64,000 nt of DNA from positions 28,086,001 through 28,150,000 of the forward strand of contig OX597827.1 in NCBI GenBank assembly GCA_951406725.2, written 5' to 3'. Source of the stretch: Octopus vulgaris (lineage: Eukaryota). Shown one piece after another: positions 1 through 13,666 of the stretch; position 1 is the first letter of the stretch, and each line of letters opens with the position of its first letter. The notes under the pieces are model-generated. The model made no database searches. It was not told the DNA's origin and was given only the letters and a program-made list of their open reading frames with translations. A program made the translations under genes and the position numbers.

Positions 1-331
1 CCACCGTCACCTAGTCGAGCTTGCTACGATATATTTAATCTGCATACGCCATCCATTACGGTCTATCATTAAAGGACTGATGAATGTGCGCATAGATGGA
101 CACACACACACACACACACATAAATTGTTGAGCAGGAAGAAGTGTTAATATTAAACAAAACAAAACAAAAAATTATGTATCAATATACAATTACAAAAAT
201 GTCATTAATTAATAGATAGTAATTACTGTAAGTAAAGCTGGATACTCACAAAAACTCTATTATCTCTCCCTCTCAGTCCTTATCTGCCTTTCGATGAACA
301 CTCCCAACTATCTATCTATCTATCTATCTAC

Positions 332-389
<58 letters not shown>

Positions 390-691
390 GTCTGTCTGTC
401 TCTGTCTGTCTGTCTGTCTCTGTCTGTCTGTCTGTCTATCTCTTTCTGTCTGACTGTCTCTATCTTTGTCTGTCAGTCTCCCTCTCTCTCTCTCTCTATA
501 TATATATATCTATATATTATGTTACTTGACCCGTTCTCCATTTGTTTGATAATCTAACTCATTTGTTTTTGTATTTCATGTTGTTTACTGTTGGTGACGT
601 TCTGTGGCCATATATGCGTATATCCACATATATATATATACACATACATATATACGTACATATACATACATATATATATATATATATATAT

Positions 692-1790
692 GTTGAGGCC
701 CAAATATTCTCTAATTTCACTGGTCCCACTCCTGAACTATATGGTCGTTATATTGACGACATTATCGGTGCCACCTCACTCTCCCGCGAACATCTAGATT
801 CCTTCCTCTCTTTCGTCCAATCTTTCCATCCAGCCCTCCACTTCACTTCCACTATCTCCAACACCTCTGTCTCCTTCCTCGACATTTCGGTTAGCATTCT
901 TCACTCCACTCTTACCACCTCCATTCACTACAAACACACAGACTCACACTCATACCTCAACTTCTCTTCCTCCCACCCAGAACACACCAAGCTTTCCATC
1001 CCCTATTCCCAATTCCTCCGTCTACGTAGGCTCTGTAGTGACGACCATGACTTTGAGACTCAGTCTCAACGTATGGCTCACCACTTCACCCTACGTGGAT
1101 ACCCCCTCACCACTATCCACACCGCCCTTGCCAGAGCACGGTCCGTGGACCGTGTATCTGCTCTCTCTCCCCGAACCCGCCCTGTAGTCTCCCGCCTCCA
1201 TTTTCCCCTCACTTACCACCCCACGACCCTACGTCTCCAACGCACCATTCTTCGAGCTTTCGGTCATCTCCAGTCCGACCCGTCCACTTCACACCTCTTC
1301 CCTAACCGACCCCTCCCCTCTTTCAAACGAGCCCACAACCTTCGAGACCTTTTGGTCCATAGCTCCTTCCCTGACCCTACCTCCCAACCCGGCTCGTTCC
1401 CCTGCTCCCGCCCACGTTGCCGAACTTGCCCTTACCTCTCCAACACCACCCGCCTCACTAGCACCCACCATCGACCCTATCCCATCATCCACTCCTTCAC
1501 CTGCACCTCCAGCAATATTATCTATTGCATCTCTTGCTCTCTCTGCAATTCCTTGTACATCGGACAAACGGGACGCCGCTTGGCTGACCGGTTCGCGGAA
1601 CACCTTCGTGACATCCACCTTGCGAACGACACACCGGTCTCACGCCATTTCCGCTCCACCGGTCACTCCTTGCAACACCTATCTGTGTTCGGTTTGTCCT
1701 TACACAGAGGCCATCCGGATTCCCGTTTGCGCCGTGAACAGGAATTAATCTTCTCTCTTCGCTCTTATACGCCATTTGGTCTCAACTCTC
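692..1790 (+). CDS. PLE RT/GIY-YIG polyprotein fragment (open frame, N-terminus lost)
   Basis: Part of ORF 542..2173. The sequence upstream of 692 and downstream of ~1790 is non-coding or low-complexity read-through. Confidence 0.85.
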
Positions 1791-2662
1791 CCCCTCCTCA
1801 TCTAACCCCCCTCTCCCCCTCCTCACCTATCCTTTCTCCCCCCGACCCCTACTTCTTCAGTCCTTCATCCTTTCACCCCTACTCCCCTTCCCTTCTTCCC
1901 TCTTTCTCCCTCCCTCTTCCCCTTCCCTCTGCTCCCTCACTCCCTCTCTCCCCTTCTCTCTCCCCCTCTCCCTCTTTCCTCCTTCATCCCCCTACTCCCC
2001 TTCCTTCTCCCCCATCCTCTCCTCTTCCCCCTTCTCCTCCCCCTCTTCTTCCCCTCCCCTTCTCTCCCCCCTCTTCTCCCCCATCTTCTCCCCCCCTCTT
2101 CTCCTCACTACACCACATGACATTACACATCACATCACATATGATGTGCCATACTAATACACACACCAACTAATACATACTAATACGTACTAATACATAC
2201 TAGTACATACTAATACTTACACCAACCCTATACATACACACGTCCAGACCCCGCATACGCACTTATACTCTCACACACACACACACACACACACACCTAT
2301 ACATACCAATACGTACTAATACATACTAATACATACTAATACATACACCAACCCCATACATACGCACGTCCAGACCAATCCTACGCACTAATACTCTCTC
2401 ATACACACACACACACACACACACACCCTTATACATACTAATACATACACCAACCCTATACATACACACATCCAGACCCCTCCCACGCACTTTTTGCTGA
2501 TCCCTCAACCCTTTTATCAACCCTATTATCTCCCCTTATTTCGCTCTCGCGTCTCATGTTTGATCTTTGACCTCTGGCCGAAATCAGATCGCCATGTTGA
2601 TTCGTTAGCTACTGCACGCATTTTTTTCTCTCCTTCTTTCTGTGTTTTTCTCTCTCTGTGTA

Positions 2663-2700
2663 TCTTTCTGTTGAAGAGCGTAGGCTCGAAACGTTAAAGA
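2663..2700 (+). ncRNA. Minimal type I hammerhead motif, CUGUUGA core variant
   Basis: TCTTT-CTGTTGA-A-GAGC-GTAG-GCTC-GAAA-CG-TT-AAAGA: stem I TCTTT/AAAGA, stem II GAGC/GCTC, palindromic ACGT stem III, located in a PLE 3' repeat. Confidence 0.7.
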
Positions 2701-2798
2701 CTTGTTTTATTTATATTTCCTGAGCGCCATACTAATACAATTGTTCGTTTGTTTTCCACCTGCCTTCGTCTTTTGTTTATTTTCAGAAAGCTTCCCGT

Positions 2799-2831
<33 letters not shown>

Positions 2832-2858
2832 TATATCTATTTATCTACCTATCTATCT

Positions 2859-2929
<71 letters not shown>

Positions 2930-3391
2930 GTTATATTTCGGAATGGTCATTTTGCCAGTTTAGCCAATAAAAACACACGCACTATATATTTGGTGTTATT
3001 TTGCTTCAGTGTTATTTATTTTTTACATTAATCTTAATCTTATTTCGGCCAGAATTCTTTCATCACACTTCTGTGACCGCATGAGTGGTCCTTTGTTTTC
3101 TTCTTTCTTATTTGTGTCTCTCCTTACTAACCGTCAGCCATTTTGTATTTTTATTGTGTCTTCATTTGCGCATGCTTATATCTCTATGTGCGTCTATGTT
3201 TAGTTAGTGTGTGTGGGGGGATGCCTGTAATATTTGTATCTTCTGTTTATATACGTTCGTGTAATTTGTTTTTGTTGTTGTTTTTGTTTATTCTTATTTT
3301 GTTCATGTGTTTACATCCACTTATTATTATTATTATCATTACGTATGCTTGTATGTATGTATGTATGTATGTATGTATAACAACAATACTA

Positions 3392-3425
<34 letters not shown>

Positions 3426-3559
3426 TAAATAAAAAAATCTTTTAAATTAAACAAAAAAAACTTATATGGTTATTTATTTCTATTTGTTTATTTATCTGTG
3501 TATTTTATCAATTATGTTTTCGGTTTTGTTTATATTGTAACCAGTTTATGGGGATCCTC

Positions 3560-4292
3560 TACCGTCATATGTTGTGGTGTGTGCTAGTGTTCCATTCGAG
3601 TTTCCTATTCAGGCTCGGTTTATCTTCTATTATGTGTGTAGCTTCTGTAATTTTCTGATTGTTGCATATGTGTGAACAAGATTTTAACTTCTATGTTGTT
3701 GATTGATCCCCCGTGTTCCTGTTCGGCGTGTTGGTACAGAATCTATGAACTTTTACCTTCCTTAAGTTCTCTCCAATTTTCATTTACCCGCTCTCCTATG
3801 CTTCGTGTCGTTTCCCCTACGTATGTCGTTGTCTTGTTACTGCATCGTCCCTCTATACATCTTATACTATAGACTACATTTCTGGCTTTACAGTTTGTTT
3901 GTGGGCTAAATTTACACTCAGTACAGTACCTATCCGTACAGGAGGTTCTACTATAAGGGTAGGTTCTACCGATTATGAATTTGATAGGGTTGCCTGGCTT
4001 TTCAACAACCTTAATACTTAGCTTAAGTTTGTCTAGGCTCCTTCTAAAGCGGTACGCCAGTTCACCTCCAGGGGTGGTGTCAACGAACATGACACTCTGG
4101 TATTTATAGCTACCATACCAAGAGTTGGCCTTCCCTATTTTCTTCTTTGTCCTTTCTATAGAGTTCCATGACTTGTTCCTGTAGAGTGGGCAAATCCCAT
4201 TCCTATCATTACATAATATATTATCAAATTTCTTCATGACTCCTTTGTATACTCTGATCCTTTCTTTGTGGCTGTAACCTGAGAACTGCATC
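3560..4292 (-). mobile_element. Penelope-like element fragment of a second family (RT thumb + GIY-YIG)
   Basis: ORF 3743..4291 reads MQFSGYS..PLYR..SVMFVDTTPGGEL..KVVEKPG..CxxxxCxxC..NCKARNVVYSIRC..YVGETTRSIGERVNE. A stop falls at 3743 and the frame decays beyond it. Confidence 0.85.
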
Positions 4293-4809
4293 CATCCCGT
4301 CCATCCCGTTTTTCACTCGAGTGAAAAACGGGATTAACGCTTTGATTTTGTTTTGGTGCCTCGCTCTGTCGTACGTGACTATAAGGAGTTGCATCCCCAA
4401 CGTAAACTTATAATGTAACACAAACACACACACACAAACACACGCACACACACACACACACACATACACACACACACATACACATTCACACAAACACAAA
4501 CACACACAAACACACACATAGTCTTCCCTCACCAAGACTATTTTCGGAGTAACCTTTGCAGAAATTGAAAACTATTCGGTTCTTATCATTTTAATTAAAG
4601 ATTCATTATGTTAGCAACTTTATGTATATGTGTCTGTATGTGTGTGCGTGCGTGTATGTATGCGTGTGTGAACTATGTGCATGTGTATATACATATATAC
4701 ATACATATATATATATAACACACATAAACACGTACATATGTATATGTATATTTATAATTTGTTTCTAATTCATTAAATTCATTTTGAAAAAAAAATTTAT
4801 AAACTCATT

Positions 4810-4931
4810 TATCATCATCATCATTATCATCATCATCATCATTATCATCATCATTATCATTATTATCATTATTATTGTTATTATTATTATTATTATTATC
4901 ATCATCATTATTATTATCCTCGTTATTATTA

Positions 4932-5020
<89 letters not shown>

Positions 5021-5040
5021 GCTATCGTTATTATTATTTA
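4810..5040. repeat. (ATC)n/(ATT)n microsatellite
   Basis: Directly visible; it produces the poly-I and poly-L ORFs. Confidence 0.95.
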
Positions 5041-5269
5041 TCGTCGTATTCTTATCTATTTATTTATGTCAACATCATTTCGTTACCTTTATTTATTCAT
5101 TGCTCACATAAACTAATTTGATTTACGTTTGTAACGCATTTTCCCTGATGTTTCTCTTACTTTATTTGTCTATTTTCATAGATGCTGCTGATGCTGCATT
5201 ATGGCGGCGAGGAAGCTGTTGAACATATTTATTCATCTATCCATTTATGTAACTATATACATACATACA

Positions 5270-5363
<94 letters not shown>

Positions 5364-5442
5364 TATATATATGTACGTACAACCTACTGGTCTCTGTCAG
5401 AATGTCTGCTAGTTTGTCTGACTGTCTGCCTCTCTCTCTCTC

Positions 5443-5498
<56 letters not shown>

Positions 5499-5581
5499 GT
5501 ATATATATATATATGTATATATATATATAAATATATATATATATATGTATGTATATATATATATATAATATGTATATATAC

Positions 5582-5634
<53 letters not shown>

Positions 5635-6324
5635 TATATGATGTGATATTCATGTTATTTTTGGTTTGTCATTATATCAGCGTTGTTGATGTTTTTGATA
5701 CCGCTTTTCGTATTATTTTCTGGTTTTTTTTTCACCTTCTCGGTCTTATCACAAGCCCGTCTCCTCGTTAAAAACTCTTTTTCGTTTTGTTGTATCTGTG
5801 AGAAAGAGACTACAGCAAATATGTGTAACCTTTCCAACAAATACATCAATTATGCCCTAAGGGTTCAAATTGGATGGAGACTCGGAAACCTTCTATCTAA
5901 TAAATTGAATGGCATTAAATAAGACACGCATCTACATTTTCATATAGATACACACATACATACATACATACATACATACATACATACATACATTCATACA
6001 TACATACATTCATACATACATACATACAAACATACATACATATATGTGTATGTGTGGTGTGTATGTGCGTGTGTCTGTGTGTAGCAAATAGTTACATATA
6101 TATATGGATATATACAGACCACACATACTGTCAGACATTCGACATTGACGTATACAACAATGTATTAACCCACACAGACCTAAACATGACACATATAAAC
6201 ACGCTCACACCCATACGACTAGGTATATATATATATGTATATATGTATGTAGGTACGTAAGTATGTATGTATATATGTATGTAGGTAGGTATGTATGCAG
6301 GTATGTATATAGGTATTATGTAAG

Positions 6325-6361
<37 letters not shown>

Positions 6362-6516
6362 TATGTATATACATGGAGAGAGATAGGGAAGGAGACAGAG
6401 AAAAAGAGAGGAAGAGACAGATGGATGGATAGATAGATAGATAGATAGATAGAATTCTAGCTATATATATATATATATGTATATACATATATATAAATGT
6501 GTATATATATATATAT

Positions 6517-6569
<53 letters not shown>

Positions 6570-7723
6570 CAGATTCATGCATATATTCATATATGCATGC
6601 GCATGTATATATGTATGCATGTATGTATAGTAAGCATACATAAATACATGTTTGTATCTGTATATACATATGCTGTTGATAACATAAACCTATTCATTCG
6701 TTTCATTCTATCGCTTTTATATCAGTTGTTTTAACGTTTTTTGCCTAATTTTATTTCTCTGCTTTTTTACGAATTTCCACTGCATCGACGATGTCACCAA
6801 TACAACTTTGTTTTTATTTCGAATTTTTCTCTTGTCCTAATTTATTTATGTTTCTTTTATATATTTATTTATTTGGGTTTTGTTTTTATTCTCCAACAGA
6901 TAACAGAAATTAAATTAGATTACTTTAAATTAAATTAAATTATTCCCTACCAATATGAATTTGACCTCGTGACCTTTGCTTAATGTCAAACTAGTTAGAT
7001 TTGTTACCTTTAATTTTATTTAAATTTATATTTCTAACATGTTTTTTTAAAACTGTTTGTTTCGTGATGCGAGTGGTGTTGGGATGTCACCTCTTAGAAA
7101 CTCTACAATATGCGATCTAGTTTTTGTTTTCATGACTTCGTAAGGTAAAGAAACTTAACACTTATGATTATGACGTTTCAGGAACCTTATTGAGTATGAA
7201 GGTAGAAGCAAGTATTCATAAGTTATCTACGGAGAGGAAACCCGATCAAATTGTTTAGCGAGCAGAAAGTACTCCGGTGAAGAACTGACGGGCCAGAGTG
7301 ATGTGAAAGCGAATATCGAATTAAAAGTACCCTCCAAAAATATACATGATTCATATTATTGCGATCTACGCAGTTTCTATCAAATTATTTTTGTAGGGGC
7401 CAAGAAAGATGCCTCCATGCAATTATTTGACACTTTTTCAACATTGAAAAACACGGAATTCCGCCGAGGGCGACATTACCTTTCATATTTTCGTGGTCGA
7501 TAAATTAAGCACCAGTTGCATACTAATCGACTGGCCCCCTCCCCCAAAGATGTTGAGCCTTGTACCTAGAGTACAAAAGATTATAAAACACGGAACTAAC
7601 CTAATAAAATAGAGATAGGAACACCACACACCCCCGATAATAAATCCGAGATGAAACGATTTAACAGAGAAATTGCTCTGTATGTGCATGGGTGTGTGAG
7701 TGTGTGCACACGCGTTAGTGAAT

Positions 7724-8027
7724 GGCACATGGCTTAAAGATTAGGGTATTCGGCTCATGGGCCTTTAGATTGTGAGTTTGATTTCCGGTGACGTGTTGCC
7801 GCATTGAGCAAACCACTTTATTTCACACTACTCAACTCCACTCAGCTGGCAAAAATAAGTTTTTAAGCCTTGTCACTCTCTGTGTCACGCTGAATCTCCT
7901 TAAGAACTACGTTAAGGGTACACGTGTCTGTGGAGTACTCAACCACTTGCATGTTAATTTCACGAGCAGGTTATTACTTTGATCGGATCAAGTAGAACCT
8001 TCGTGGTCGTAACAGACGGAGAGCCAG
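7724..8027 (+). mobile_element. Degenerate tRNA-derived SINE (Meta/V-SINE-like family)
   Basis: Decayed tRNA-like head followed by TTGAGCAAACCACTTTATTTCAC..CCACTCAGCTGG, which also occurs in the copy at 43840-44170. Confidence 0.6.
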
Positions 8028-8037
8028 TTATTTATAT

Positions 8038-9362
8038 ATGTGGAACGTGGCTTCGAAGAAAATAGAAGTAGCAGAGACGGAGGAAATCGAGAGGTGTCTA
8101 CAGGAAATTGAAGGAGAAACTACCTTCTACAATAGAGGTAGAAAACACGCAACAGTAGTCGTTCATTTTGAAAACGAAGATGAAGCGAAGAGGAACGCCA
8201 CGAAAATATTGAAAACGGAAAAATGGGTATTACTACCTAGCTATTGTAGAAAAAGGGCAGTGAGAATAAGAATCAGTAAAATTTCACCAGAATTGAACAT
8301 GGAGAGAATTGTAGCGGCAACAATATTTAACTGCAAGGAGAATGTCGAGATATTGAAGATAGAAAAGTCGAAAGAAGTAAAGTGGTGGGGTTATGCGGTG
8401 CAGGCATTGGTTCACATAACCATGCCAGACCTGTATAACATCCCAGAGGAGTTGGTCTTCCCCGACGAGACACGTCTCAGAGTCGTGGTGGAGGGGAGAC
8501 CCCCAGCATGTTACAATTGCAAAATTAGAGGCCACATGAAGGATATGTGTCCACGAAGAGAAGTACAAGAGAAAACGAGAACACTGGAGGCTTTGACAGA
8601 GGAGTTACAAAAGGCGAATGTGGAAGAGGAAATCGTGACTACAGATAATGTGGAAAATGGTGACGAGTTGGAGAAAGAAAAGGAAAGAATAGAAGAAAAA
8701 GAGGATAGAAAGAGAACGCGGGTGGAATCACCACCCAAAGCACAAAAAAGAAAAAAGCTAAAAAGAAGTCGATCGACGAGATGGAGGATCGAACGCACGA
8801 AGAGAAAGATACAGAAACGAAAGCGAGTGAAGCTTCAAATTGTCAGATAACGGAAGAATGGGATAGAAGAGTGGAAGAACAGCTGGAAAAATGTAAAGAA
8901 GGAGGAAGACCAAAAGGAAGAAATCTTAAAGCTATAATGTACAAGAAGGACAAGTAAATTGAAAAGAAGTTGGCAAATATGAAAAGTCTAATTAGAGTGA
9001 AGTTAAATTCGAAAATTTTTGGTGACCAAGTGAAGGCGGCGACTGTAGAAAAAGAGACAGTAATGAAACTGAAAATGCGTATACAGCTGTATGCGTAATG
9101 CATTACATTAGGTATGAAAGTTTGCCAAGTATCATAGAACAGGAGAGGTTACTCGAGTACTTAACGGATGAACGCCCTGGATAACATAATTGTAATTGTA
9201 AATGGAACTGCAAGTTTGGGGGCTCGTAAGACATTCCATTTAATTCATTACAAATAATTTATTGTTATACCATACTTTTTGATTTTTTATTATATGTACC
9301 CCATGTCCTGTATTGTAATGTCCCCTCTGAATTCGGGCCATTGTGCCTATAATAAAGAGTTA
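8038..9362 (+). mobile_element. L1/Tx1-type element with ORF1 (zinc knuckle) and 3' UTR but no ORF2
   Basis: ORF 8038..8850 contains RVVVEGRPPA-CYNCKIRGHMKDMC (CCHC). A shifted frame with one internal stop continues to ~9098, followed by a T-rich 3' UTR ending AATAAAGAG. Confidence 0.75.
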
Positions 9363-9381
9363 ATCTTCAGCTAGCAGGCCT

Positions 9382-12300
9382 TCTTGAATTTTTCCTCGGA
9401 TTACGTCAAACATTTTTCTGTTGCTGCAAGCCGTTGTGTGAGTTCGATTCCGTTTGTCTTTTTGTTTTGTGTTACACGTGAAAAGTTTTTGAACTGTTGT
9501 CTTTTGACTCAGTAATTTTCGCCCTTCGGGGTAGAAAATTTTTGTGTTTTTTGTGTGAACTGTTAACCTGTATAGGTTATTTTTGAAAAATTCCCTTGTC
9601 ATTTGTGACAAGTTTCTTGTTTTCTATAATGGAAATTGACTTAAATTCAAAAAAAGATTTTCACGAGATGGGAGAAGGCACAACCGTTAACAAACAAAAG
9701 GTTACACAGGCAAAACCAAGTTTCTCTGACGCCGTAGGCGGCAACGTGGTGGAGCTGGAAGTGGCTATGGAAAAGCTCTTCCAGTTCAGAAAGTTAATTA
9801 AAAAAAACGGTGAAGAAACGCGATTAATACCGCCCCCTGAAACTATGCAGGCAATTCGAGAAAAGACGGTTACTTACAAAGTATATAATATAAAAGAAAA
9901 AAGAATAACCGACGTGAAAAATGATATAGTCGAAAAGTGTATGGCGCCAATATGGAATAAGATTCGTTACGTCAGCCGCGGTGCGAGAAGCGCTACAATA
10001 GAAGCTCATTTCGAGTCAGCTGATGTAGCGAAGAAAATTTCAACACAAACATTGAAAAGCGAACATATCCTATTACTTTCCTTGTATTTGGAGCGCAAGA
10101 CGGCGAAAGTTACAATTGAGGACCTACCGAGGGGCTACGAAGTGATGTGGGCGGCAACGGCGGTCATATTTGATGTGGAGGAAAAATTAACAATATTGAG
10201 CATGAGGAAGAAAGAGGCAACAAACTGGAAAGGCTTGAGATGATTATTCAAGCAGAAAATTCTACGCTGGAAAGCTTTCCAGATAGGGTCTTCGTGGGTG
10301 AGGGGCATACCATACGTGTATCGGTAGAGGGACGCAGGCCCAGATGTTTTAAGTGCGGACAAAAGGGCCATGTTCGCTCCGTTTGTACGAAAAAAAAAAC
10401 GGTCAACGCCCCTCCTCAAAACGCTGTGAAAAACAGAGAACAACAAAGCAGACAACACAGCAACAACAAAAGAAAACACGGAAAAGAAAAAACAAACTGA
10501 AATTCAAAAAGAGGAGGAGAAAAAGAATGAAAAACAAAACGAAAAAGAAAAGGAGGAAGAAAATAATCTAACAAAAGAAATGAGCAAGAAGAAATGGAAT
10601 ACACGACTGTGACAAACAAAAGAAAAAAATCTAACACCCCAGACTCCCCACCCCAAACAAAAAAGAAAATCAATAATGCAGACGAACAACATAAAAAAAA
10701 TTTTACAATCCCATCCCGCTGGTACTACATTTGTAGGACAGCAATTCAATAAACCCCACCACCCCTCTTTAAAAGTGTTTAAATCAAATGATAAGTGTAT
10801 AGCTTATAATACAAGAAATGAGAGAGTTGTGAGGTTCGTGAAAGCAAGAACTCAAATCAAATGCTTTAAAACGACAGAGAAGGACCCGGAATGGAGATAT
10901 GCAAGGGTCGGCGAGGAGAAATGGAAGGAGAGACTCTTCCAACAACATGTAGAGGACGGTTTCATTAAGGATGTCACCCAGGAGGTGATAGCTGGGAGAG
11001 TGCACATCAGCCCGGCAGCCACTTCAACCCAGAGCCCGGTGGCAACGCCGGTGAAATGCCCAGCAATAACGGAGAGTGTGGGGGAGGCAGGCAGACATAA
11101 TCTGTCATGCTCCCTCTCGCAACCGTAAGTAAATTATTTTTCTTTCTTCGATGATTAAGTTGGGCTGTATAAATGTGCGTGGAATGGGGTCGAAATGGAA
11201 ACAGGCTTGTTTGCTGGACGACGTCCTTTCACGTAAAATCGATGTGGCTATTGTCACCGAGTCCAAGATGAAAGGACCCCAAGCGTTCTTGCCACTTCTC
11301 AATGGTTACGAGAAATTTATTTCTCCTAGCCGAGGGGAAGGTGCAGGGGTGGCAGTTCTTATCAGGAAGAACTTGGACTTACAGGTAAGTACCGTCTTTC
11401 TGGACCCAGAAGGTAGGCTGGTTGTCCTAGATGACTCACGTGAGTAAGCAGTCCTTCAGGTTGGTAGCTGTCTATGCTTCTAATGGGTGTGGGTAGACCG
11501 GTTTTTATCGGGACCTGGAGCACTTTCTAGTGACGTCTAAAACGGTAGTCTTGGTAGGAGACTTCAACACTATTCTCGATGCGCGGGTTGATAGTGTAGG
11601 CTCGAACGATAGAAAAGGGAATCCTTGCCTCAAGGCTCTACTAGCGAGCTTTAATCTAATAGACCGTTTTCGACTGGATGAGTCGAACGTTCCACAGTGG
11701 ACGTGGAGTAACAACGATGGCTCACGCAGATCGTATATAGATAGGGTATTTGTTAAGGAACGAGATAGGAATAACGTTAGCTGTCCACAATTTTCTGTTG
11801 TGCCTTACACGGATCACAAACTTGTGACGTGTGAGGTACAGGTAGATAAATGCCATAGACAGGGTCCCGGGTACTGGAAAATGAACAAATCTATTTTGCC
11901 TTGTGAAGCTTTCCGTACCCGGATTAAGGAATTAGTCCAGAGGGCATTATGTGGCACCATCATTAATAATAGATGGTGGCTCGCACTCAAAAGAGTCATC
12001 CGTTTGGAGTCCATTAGATTTAGCAAGCAGCTAAGTTTAGTTTGGACTAGAATAGCGGGCGAATTAGTTAAGAACTTAGACGAGGCAATGGAATCTGGCT
12101 GTACATCTGGAGTATTGGCAGCGAGAACTGTCTTGTACCGTCACCTCAACGCCAAGCATGAGGGGTGTAGAGTCAGAGCTAAGTTACGTGCAGGGAAACG
12201 AGAATGTATTAACGTTGCCGGATGGGCCCAACGTGAGGAGAATCAGAAGGGCAAAAAGTCCTGTATTAAGTCTTTAACTGACGAGCAGGGTCGCAAGATC

Positions 12301-13593
12301 TATGGACAGGAGGAGATGCAGAAGGTCCTTCACCAGCATTTCGCCCGGTTGTTTGGGGATGGCGGTCCGCTCGAGCGAGGGGAGGCCTTAAAGGACTTCC
12401 TAGCCGGTGGGCCGCGGCTCTCGACACGTGAGGCGGAATTCTGTGAAGGATCGATCTCTTCCGCGGAGGTAAGAGAGGTTATGGCCGGTTGCGCCGGGGA
12501 AAAGTCGCCGGGGTTAGATGGTCTGACCTATGAATTCTATTGTTGTATGCCGGATTTGTTCGGAGATATACTGGCGGGAGTCTATGCGAACTGGCAACAG
12601 AATGGGAGGATTCCCAGTTCTGTGAGCCGGGGAGTTGTGACGCTGGTCCAGAAAGACCCGAACAAGGAGGATAGTATTAGTAATTAAAGGCCCATAACTC
12701 TACTTAATGTAGAGTTTAAGATTTTGGCCAAGGTGTTAGCAAAAAGGTTGACGGCTGTCGTGGAGAAACTTGTCGGGAAGGCACGGACATGTGCAATCCC
12801 AGGAGGTCGATCCAGGATAATCTTCACCTTCTCCGCTACACTATAGACAGGGTCGGGAAATTAGCCGGCAAAGGAGGGGCATTGGTCCATTTAGACCAAA
12901 GTAAAGCGTTCGATAGGGTAGACCACCGGTACTTGGCGGCGGTCCTCGGGGCAGCTGGGCTGGGCTCTGGCTTCTGCGGGTGGATCTCAGCTATGTACAG
13001 CGGCATCAAGTCCACAGTCCAGATAAACGGTTACCTAACGGAGCCGTTTTCGATCAAGCGTTCAGTTCGTCAAGGGTGTCCCTTGTCCCCGCTCCTGTAT
13101 GTTTTGGCTCTTGAGCCATTGCTGCGGATGTTGGAGAAGTTGGGAGGCAACCCTAATGAAATCGGGTGCGGTAAACCTGTTTCTGCCTATGCGGATGACG
13201 TCACCCTCATCGTGTCCAACGAAGCACAGCTAACTCGTGTTAGGTGCTCTCCGAAGATACGAAGCGGTGGCAGGTACAAAAGTTAACAAGGACAAGTCCA
13301 CCGGTTTGCGCCTCGGCACCTGGAGGAACAAGCCGATATTGTCCAATGTTGTTGGACACTGGACAGATGGTCCTGTTAAATTGCGCGGAGTTTGGTTTGG
13401 TCCAGACTCCCAGACGGAGAAGAATTGGAGCGAGGTAGCAAACAAGGTAGAAACTATAGTACGGAAGTGGTCCGGAAGGCATCTTTCCTTGAAAGGGAGG
13501 GCGGAGGTGGTACAGATGTTTATAGCCTCTGTCATCATCTACCGCCTGACCGTCGTGCCTTGCCCTGATTCGTGGTTAAGCAAGTTGGATATC
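9382..13593 (+). mobile_element. L1/Tx1-clade LINE (ORF1 + APE-RT ORF2), disrupted and 3'-truncated
   Basis: ORF1 (~9630-11128) has VSVEGRRPR-CFKCGQKGHVRSVC. ORF2 from 11151 has APE motifs (INVRG, VTE, GDFN, IDR, TDH) and RT motifs (KSPGLDG, RPITLLN, LDQSKAFDRV, VRQGCPLSPLLY, YADD), with several stops and frameshifts. Confidence 0.93.
11151..13593 (+). pseudogene. Tx1/L1 ORF2 endonuclease-reverse transcriptase, disrupted
   Basis: ORFs 11151..11447, 11530..12687, 12789..13286 and 13237..13605 are collinear pieces of one protein. Confidence 0.9.
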
Positions 13594-13619
13594 ATCTTCA
13601 GCTAGCAGGCCTCTGCTAC

Positions 13620-13666
13620 TCTAGACAAATGATGGGCAAAGACCCTGAAACATGCGTGTCTCTAGA
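13620..13666 (+). ncRNA. Degenerate type I hammerhead motif with extended stem I
   Basis: TCTAGA-CAAATGA-TGGG-CAAAGA-CCCT-GAAA-CATGCGTG-TC-TCTAGA. The core has 2 mismatches to CTGATGA. Confidence 0.55.

Larger units (their letters stand above)
692..2798 (+). mobile_element. 5'-truncated Penelope-like retroelement: RT C-terminus + GIY-YIG endonuclease + 3' pLTR with hammerhead
   Basis: From the end of a (TA)n tract the ORF reads RYIDD (RT catalytic motif), FLD, HSYLNFSSSHP, SIPYSQFLRLRRLCS, CxxxxCxxC, then IIYCISCSLC..LYIGQTGRRLADRFAEH..E..LIFSL..PFGLN. A pyrimidine-rich tail and a pLTR follow, ending at (TA)n at 2799. Confidence 0.93.

Noticed and set aside
77-100. CTGATGA followed by ATGTGCGCAT
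   Set aside because: No downstream GAAA or cleavage triplet, so it is not a hammerhead.
1790-2173. Pro/Ser-rich C-terminus of the 543-aa ORF
   Set aside because: Read-through of a polypyrimidine tract; the second copy at 54950-55200 differs by indels.
5182-6734. Many ORFs rich in YI/IY, CV, HT or LSIY here and throughout the window
   Set aside because: They are translations of (TA)n, (TG)n and (TCTA)n microsatellites, not genes.
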